Source of the DNA: Candidatus Latescibacterota bacterium
GTDB taxonomy: Bacteria > Latescibacterota > CBDEFO01
DNA: 64,000 nucleotides
Direction of reading: 5' to 3'
NCBI GenBank assembly: GCA_965248755.1
Contig: OZ252149.1
Location: forward strand, 3,840,001-3,904,000
Shown: piece after piece, positions 59,480-64,000 of the stretch
Numbering within the stretch: the first letter of the stretch is position 1
Layout of the letters: every line of letters starts with the position of its first letter
The notes under the pieces: generated by a model
Seen by the model: the letters and a program-made list of their open reading frames with translations, nothing else
Databases searched by the model: none
Told to the model about the DNA's origin: nothing
Position numbers and translations under genes: made by a program

Positions 59480-60440
59480 GAGTTTACCATCCTGTTAACT
59501 GTGTAAGCGACATCGTCTTTCTCCTCAAAACGTTCTTCACCCACTTTGTGGCTTGCTGTCACTTTGTGCTCCCTGTAGAAACGGGTGTCAGCAACGCACA
59601 AAGTGCCCACTCCGTCTGTTGGGGCGCGTCCATAACAGCAGAAGAATTTAAAATTTAAGCTGGGAACTCTGAGATGTCAAGGCAATTCTTCTGCCGGGTT
59701 TGCCAAACCCTCCAAGAGGTAACTTCAGCATGCAGATCACTGCTATCTTCAATAATGTTCTTGACTTTCGCAAAGTGACCCATTATCTTCAATAGGTTGG
59801 TAGCACAATTTTAGATACGACTCTAAGAACACGATAAATCAGTCACTTATATTTATTTCCATTGCCAAGTGTAGACTCATCCAGTAATATCATTTGAGCA
59901 GTTAGGAGAGTTTTTCAAGAAAGAGGCAGGCGGCTGAGCTTATTCGATGAACAACGTGTATAACTCCAACTTTGGGGCGGAGGACGGCTGTGCTCCGCCC
60001 CAATGCGTAACGAGCGACTTCTTTCAGGCGTAAGCCGTTGGTAACTGCGATACTAAGCAGTTAAGCCCTTCTGCTGACAGTGCTTTCTCGTTGTGAATTA
60101 AGACAGGAAAATAAACCTTCTGAAGTGTGTTTTAAGTAGTACAAGGTTTATCTTCGGCTGTTGAATGATTACTGCTCGAAGGCTGTGCGATGAGTGTTTT
60201 GGAAATGAAAGCGCCATTTTTCAAAGAGTCAAAATAAAGTGTGAAGGCACAATATGGAGGACACGAAGGAATAACTGATGTTGCCATGGTGAAAACTAAA
60301 CGAAAGATATCGCAGAGTTAATCTATAGTAATCAATATCTGCAATAGTGTAGATATGAATGAATTAGCAGCAATTGGCTTGAGTTTGATCTCAATTCTTG
60401 TTGTCCCATTATAGCTTAAATATTCTCAAGGAGTTTAGAA

Positions 60441-61480
60441 ATGCAACAACCTACTGGAACTCTCTATCCTATCAGCGATATTTTAGAGTGGAATGTCAGT
60501 GATCAACTGGTGATTGTGCCCAAGTTTCAGCGAAGAGATGTTTGGATACCAAAGGCTAAATCATACTTGATAGATACGATCTTGCGCTCTATGCCGATTC
60601 CACCTCTCTTCATTCGGATGCAAATCGACCCCTTCGAAAGCGGACAGTCCGTGAAGTAGTTGATGGGCAACAACGTATCAGAACAGTGTTGGGCTATATT
60701 CAAGGTGAGTTCCCCATACTTAAGGCTCACAGTCCGGAATTTGCAGGAATGTATTACGCGGATCTTACAGATGAAGTGCAACGGGATTTTCTTAGCTACA
60801 ACTTCTTCGTTAACCTTTTACAGAATGTTAGTGATGAGGATGTTCTTAGCATTTTTGCCCGAATAAATACTTACACAGTTAGATTAAATGCCCAGGAACT
60901 TCGTAATGCAGAGTTCTTTGGCGTGTTCAAACAGATTGTATATAAGCTTGCCCAACAACATTACGCGTTTTGGCGGAACAACAATATTTTGTCAGATCAT
61001 CAAATCGCTCGTATGCTCGATGCTGAACTAGTATCTGAGCTCACTGTTTCAACGCTTGATAGTATTCGAGAAACCAAAGCCCAAGATCTTAAACAATTTT
61101 ACAGTCGCTACGATGATGATTTCCCTCAGTCGAACAAAGTTGTCAAGGAGTTTGAGCAAATCATAAATATAATAGGGAATATCTTCGGAGATACATTAAA
61201 ATCTTCACAATTCAAACGTATTCCTTTATTTTATAGTCTTTTCTGCGCTATATATGATGCCAAGTTTGGATTACCTGGCTCAGATCGACCGTGTCTCTCG
61301 TTTACCGCAAGTGAGAATAAGTGCATAGCCGAAAAATTACATAAGTTGGATAACATTATCACATCGAAAGAACCACCACAGGAGAATGTTCCATTCATTG
61401 ATGCCGCAAGGTCCAGTACTGCGGGTACAGGAAGGAGACAGTTACGCCACAAATTTATCTGGGATAAAATCCTTACATAA
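60441..61480 (+). pseudogene. DUF262 (ParB/GmrS-like) protein, frameshifted
   Basis: PKFQRRDVW...LIDTI...PIP, then after a -1 shift at CCCC (60629-60632) VVDGQQR, F.RIN...LN.QELRNA. Confidence 0.82.
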
Positions 61481-61514
61481 ATTGTTGATCTGCATCGTCA
61501 AGACCTGATTCATA

Positions 61515-62255
61515 TTGCTACGGAGTCTTCAAACTGTGCCAGCGATAGGAGTGCAACACTGCCTACGGCATTTTGAGCAAAGCGTCCAAGATTCTCTTAT
61601 TTTCTTACAAGAGGCGCAAAACTTTAAGATCATTCAAACTGCTGGTAGTTATCGTCATATTGGTGTCCGTAGGATCGAGTCGATTGCAGGATTGGCGTTG
61701 CTCAAAATTCATCTGGCTTGGGAAGAGTTCCTAGAAAGTGTGTTTGTCAGATACATGTGTGGAGCAACATCAGCCTCAGGTTTCGCTCCTACTTTGCTGT
61801 CATCCCCTGTCTCCACAATATCAGGAGCAATGAAAAAACTGCTACAATCGAACAGATATTTGAATTGGAATCCCCAAGACACTCTGCACCGGGCAAATTG
61901 TTACTATGACCATGGTGAACCCTTTGCAACGACTATTAGCGCAGTTATGCAAACAGGTGACGACATTGTAACTGTTCGGAACCGATTTGCTCATCGATCA
62001 GAATATGCTGCACAAAGATTTCGCGCACTAGTCTTAAAAGCATTTGGTTATGTGCCTCGAGGGATGAGCCCCGGTCGTTTCTTGTTAATTACCAGTCCTT
62101 CCTCTTATAGCTGGAGGGCAAAATTTCTTAGAGTTTTATGCAAATACCTTGCTTGGTGCAAGTCTATCAATAGTGCCCCCAAAGAAGCCTTGAGTATTCT
62201 CATTGGAGTAGCTTTCTACCGAAATTATATGTCCGATGCAGTAGACAAGAGATAA
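61515..62255 (+). CDS. HEPN-domain protein (putative RNase)
   Basis: WEEFLE motif and RNRFAH (Rx4H); the C-terminus may be frameshifted (alternative end at 62193). Confidence 0.65.
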   Translation: MLRSLQTVPAIGVQHCLRHFEQSVQDSLIFLQEAQNFKIIQTAGSYRHIGVRRIESIAGLALLKIHLAWEEFLESVFVRYMCGATSASGFAPTLLSSPVSTISGAMKKLLQSNRYLNWNPQDTLHRANCYYDHGEPFATTISAVMQTGDDIVTVRNRFAHRSEYAAQRFRALVLKAFGYVPRGMSPGRFLLITSPSSYSWRAKFLRVLCKYLAWCKSINSAPKEALSILIGVAFYRNYMSDAVDKR

Positions 62256-62303
62256 TAAGCTTTTGATTGTTTCCCTCCATAAGGACAATACAAAACAAGA
62301 CCC

Positions 62304-63425
62304 ATGAAAGTCTGCTTTACCACATTCGACGACATAGAAAATGACGGACGCGTCAACAGGGAGCTTTCGACTCTCAAGGGCTTAGACTACGATATGCATG
62401 TAATATGTGGAAGCGCTGTAAACTATAATAGTCAGCCTGAATCTCCCAGGGATATAGCGGTGGAGAGGGTCTATCTGGGTGCTAAGAGAGCGGGGAAGCT
62501 AAGATTTTTGAAGTTCTACTTAAAGACCCCCTTTAAAGCCATCAGAGCCAAAGCGGACATCTATCACGCGCAGGAGCTGTACAGTTTGCCCGTAGCATGG
62601 ATCGGGGCGATCTTCAACAATGCTCTGTTGATCTATGACTCTCACGAGTATTATCCCGGCATGCAGTCTCTGGTCGCAAGACCCTTTGAACGCTCTGTGT
62701 GGTCTGTTGTTGAGAGGATATTCATCAAGCGAGCAAAAAGGGTCATAACCGTCTCCGACGCCATATCCGAAAAACTGAGCAAAAGATACAGAATCCCTCC
62801 GCCTGTAGTGATCAGAAACTGTCACGAGAAAAAGGACGTAAAGAGGACTAATCTCCTAAGAGAAAGATTTTCCATAGACGAGGATCACAAGATACTCCTC
62901 TATCAGGGAATTATGTCCCGTGGGCGCGGCCTCTTTACCGTGCTCCAGAGCCTAAAACGTCTTCCACAATGCGCCTTCGTAGCCTTGGGCGATGGTCCAC
63001 TTCTCAAGCAATTGGAGGAATACTCTCAACAACACGGACTATCGGACAGGACATTCTTCCCCGGCTGCGTCCCGGGGGAAGAACTCATGGACTACACTGT
63101 CTCAGCCGACATAGGACTCTGCATAATCGAAAATGTGAGCTTTAGCTACCATAACTCACTGCCCAACAAACTATTCGAATACATGATGGCGGGGATACCC
63201 ACGGTCGCAAGCGATTTCCCAGAAATAGGGAAAATAGTGAAAGGGGAGGGGACAGGGCTTGTGGTAGATCCTGATGATCCTGAGGACGTAGCAAAAGCGG
63301 TAGCTCGACTCCTTGAGGATAGGCTCCTTTACGACGAACTTTCCGCCAATGCGCTCTTGTCCTCGAAGAGACACAACTGGGAAGAAGAATCTAAGAAGCT
63401 TGCACAGCTTTACAGAGCTATCTGA
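62304..63425 (+). CDS. Glycosyltransferase family 4
   Basis: DGRV, YDSHE, PNKLFEYMMAGIP. Confidence 0.92.
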   Translation: MKVCFTTFDDIENDGRVNRELSTLKGLDYDMHVICGSAVNYNSQPESPRDIAVERVYLGAKRAGKLRFLKFYLKTPFKAIRAKADIYHAQELYSLPVAWIGAIFNNALLIYDSHEYYPGMQSLVARPFERSVWSVVERIFIKRAKRVITVSDAISEKLSKRYRIPPPVVIRNCHEKKDVKRTNLLRERFSIDEDHKILLYQGIMSRGRGLFTVLQSLKRLPQCAFVALGDGPLLKQLEEYSQQHGLSDRTFFPGCVPGEELMDYTVSADIGLCIIENVSFSYHNSLPNKLFEYMMAGIPTVASDFPEIGKIVKGEGTGLVVDPDDPEDVAKAVARLLEDRLLYDELSANALLSSKRHNWEEESKKLAQLYRAI

Positions 63426-63434
63426 GGTAAATGT

Positions 63435-64000
63435 ATGAAAAGGGTACTCGTCGTAAGCTACTACTTTCCCCCGATGGGGCTTTCAGGAGTCCAAAGGACC
63501 CAGAAGTTCGTAAAATATCTGTCCCAATTCGGATGGCTCCCCACAGTCCTGACCATATCCCGGGCAGAGTACTTAGCCTTTGACCCGTCTCTTTTGGACG
63601 AATTGCCCGAACAAGTGGAGATTTTGAGGACTGCTTCAGCAGATGTCCTAAGCTTGATGAGTCTGCTAACTAATAATAGACAAGATAAGCAGGAAGGAAT
63701 CGGAGTTGTTCCATCAGAAAGAGTTAGAGGTCTCTTTCACAGTCTGAGCCAGTTTTTCTTCATACCCGACAACAAGATAGGGTGGCTCCCATTTGCGCTA
63801 TCGAAGGGAAACCGACTCCTTTTCAACGAGCACTTTGATCTCATCTACTCATCGGCTCCGCCTTACACTTGTCACCTTATAGCGTGCGCATTGAGATCCC
63901 TTCGAGGGGTCCCTTTAGTCCTGGATTTCAGGGACGACTGGACGCAGAATCAGTTTATCGTCTATCCCACTTTTGTCCATAAGATTGCAAACAGCATGCT
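63435..64000 (+). CDS. Glycosyltransferase family 4 (partial, runs off window)
   Basis: MKRVLVVSYYFPP..SGVQR..KFVKYL, S.PP, DFRD.W. Confidence 0.85.
   Translation, partial: MKRVLVVSYYFPPMGLSGVQRTQKFVKYLSQFGWLPTVLTISRAEYLAFDPSLLDELPEQVEILRTASADVLSLMSLLTNNRQDKQEGIGVVPSERVRGLFHSLSQFFFIPDNKIGWLPFALSKGNRLLFNEHFDLIYSSAPPYTCHLIACALRSLRGVPLVLDFRDDWTQNQFIVYPTFVHKIANSM

Noticed and set aside
59550..59610. ZTP (pfl) riboswitch
   Set aside because: Lacks the 3' CGCCTGGG pseudoknot element

Overview
Bacterial chromosomal segment of a diderm organism (Tol-Pal present). A dockerin/EF-hand-like secreted protein and a secreted protein ending in ...TWGxVK suggest a Latescibacterota/Poribacteria-like lineage; this is inference only. 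Core content: radC-rarA-queA, rsgA, rplM-rpsI-rpsB-tsf-pyrH-frr, tRNA-Leu(CAG), purB, meaB with a B12-binding mutase subunit, tolQRAB-pal-cpoB followed by a lipoprotein/M23/L,D-transpeptidase cluster, a ThyX-like gene, a full N-methylglutamate (methylamine) cluster, a DUF262+HEPN pair and two GT4 glycosyltransferases. Most notable: (1) rarA is split by a 2238-bp IS1380 transposition unit (IS plus 612 bp of captured DNA, alternative right end, 5-bp TTTAT duplication) that fuses a foreign signal peptide in frame to the RarA C-terminal domain. (2) Several families of very short intergenic repeats are present, and two have in-frame copies inside conserved genes: a 21-bp palindrome in meaB and one unit of a 15-bp tandem array in queA. 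(3) One flavoprotein resembles eukaryotic OSGIN. Several genes carry single-base indels in short homopolymers that may be sequencing errors. All family assignments come from motif recognition; no database searches were run.
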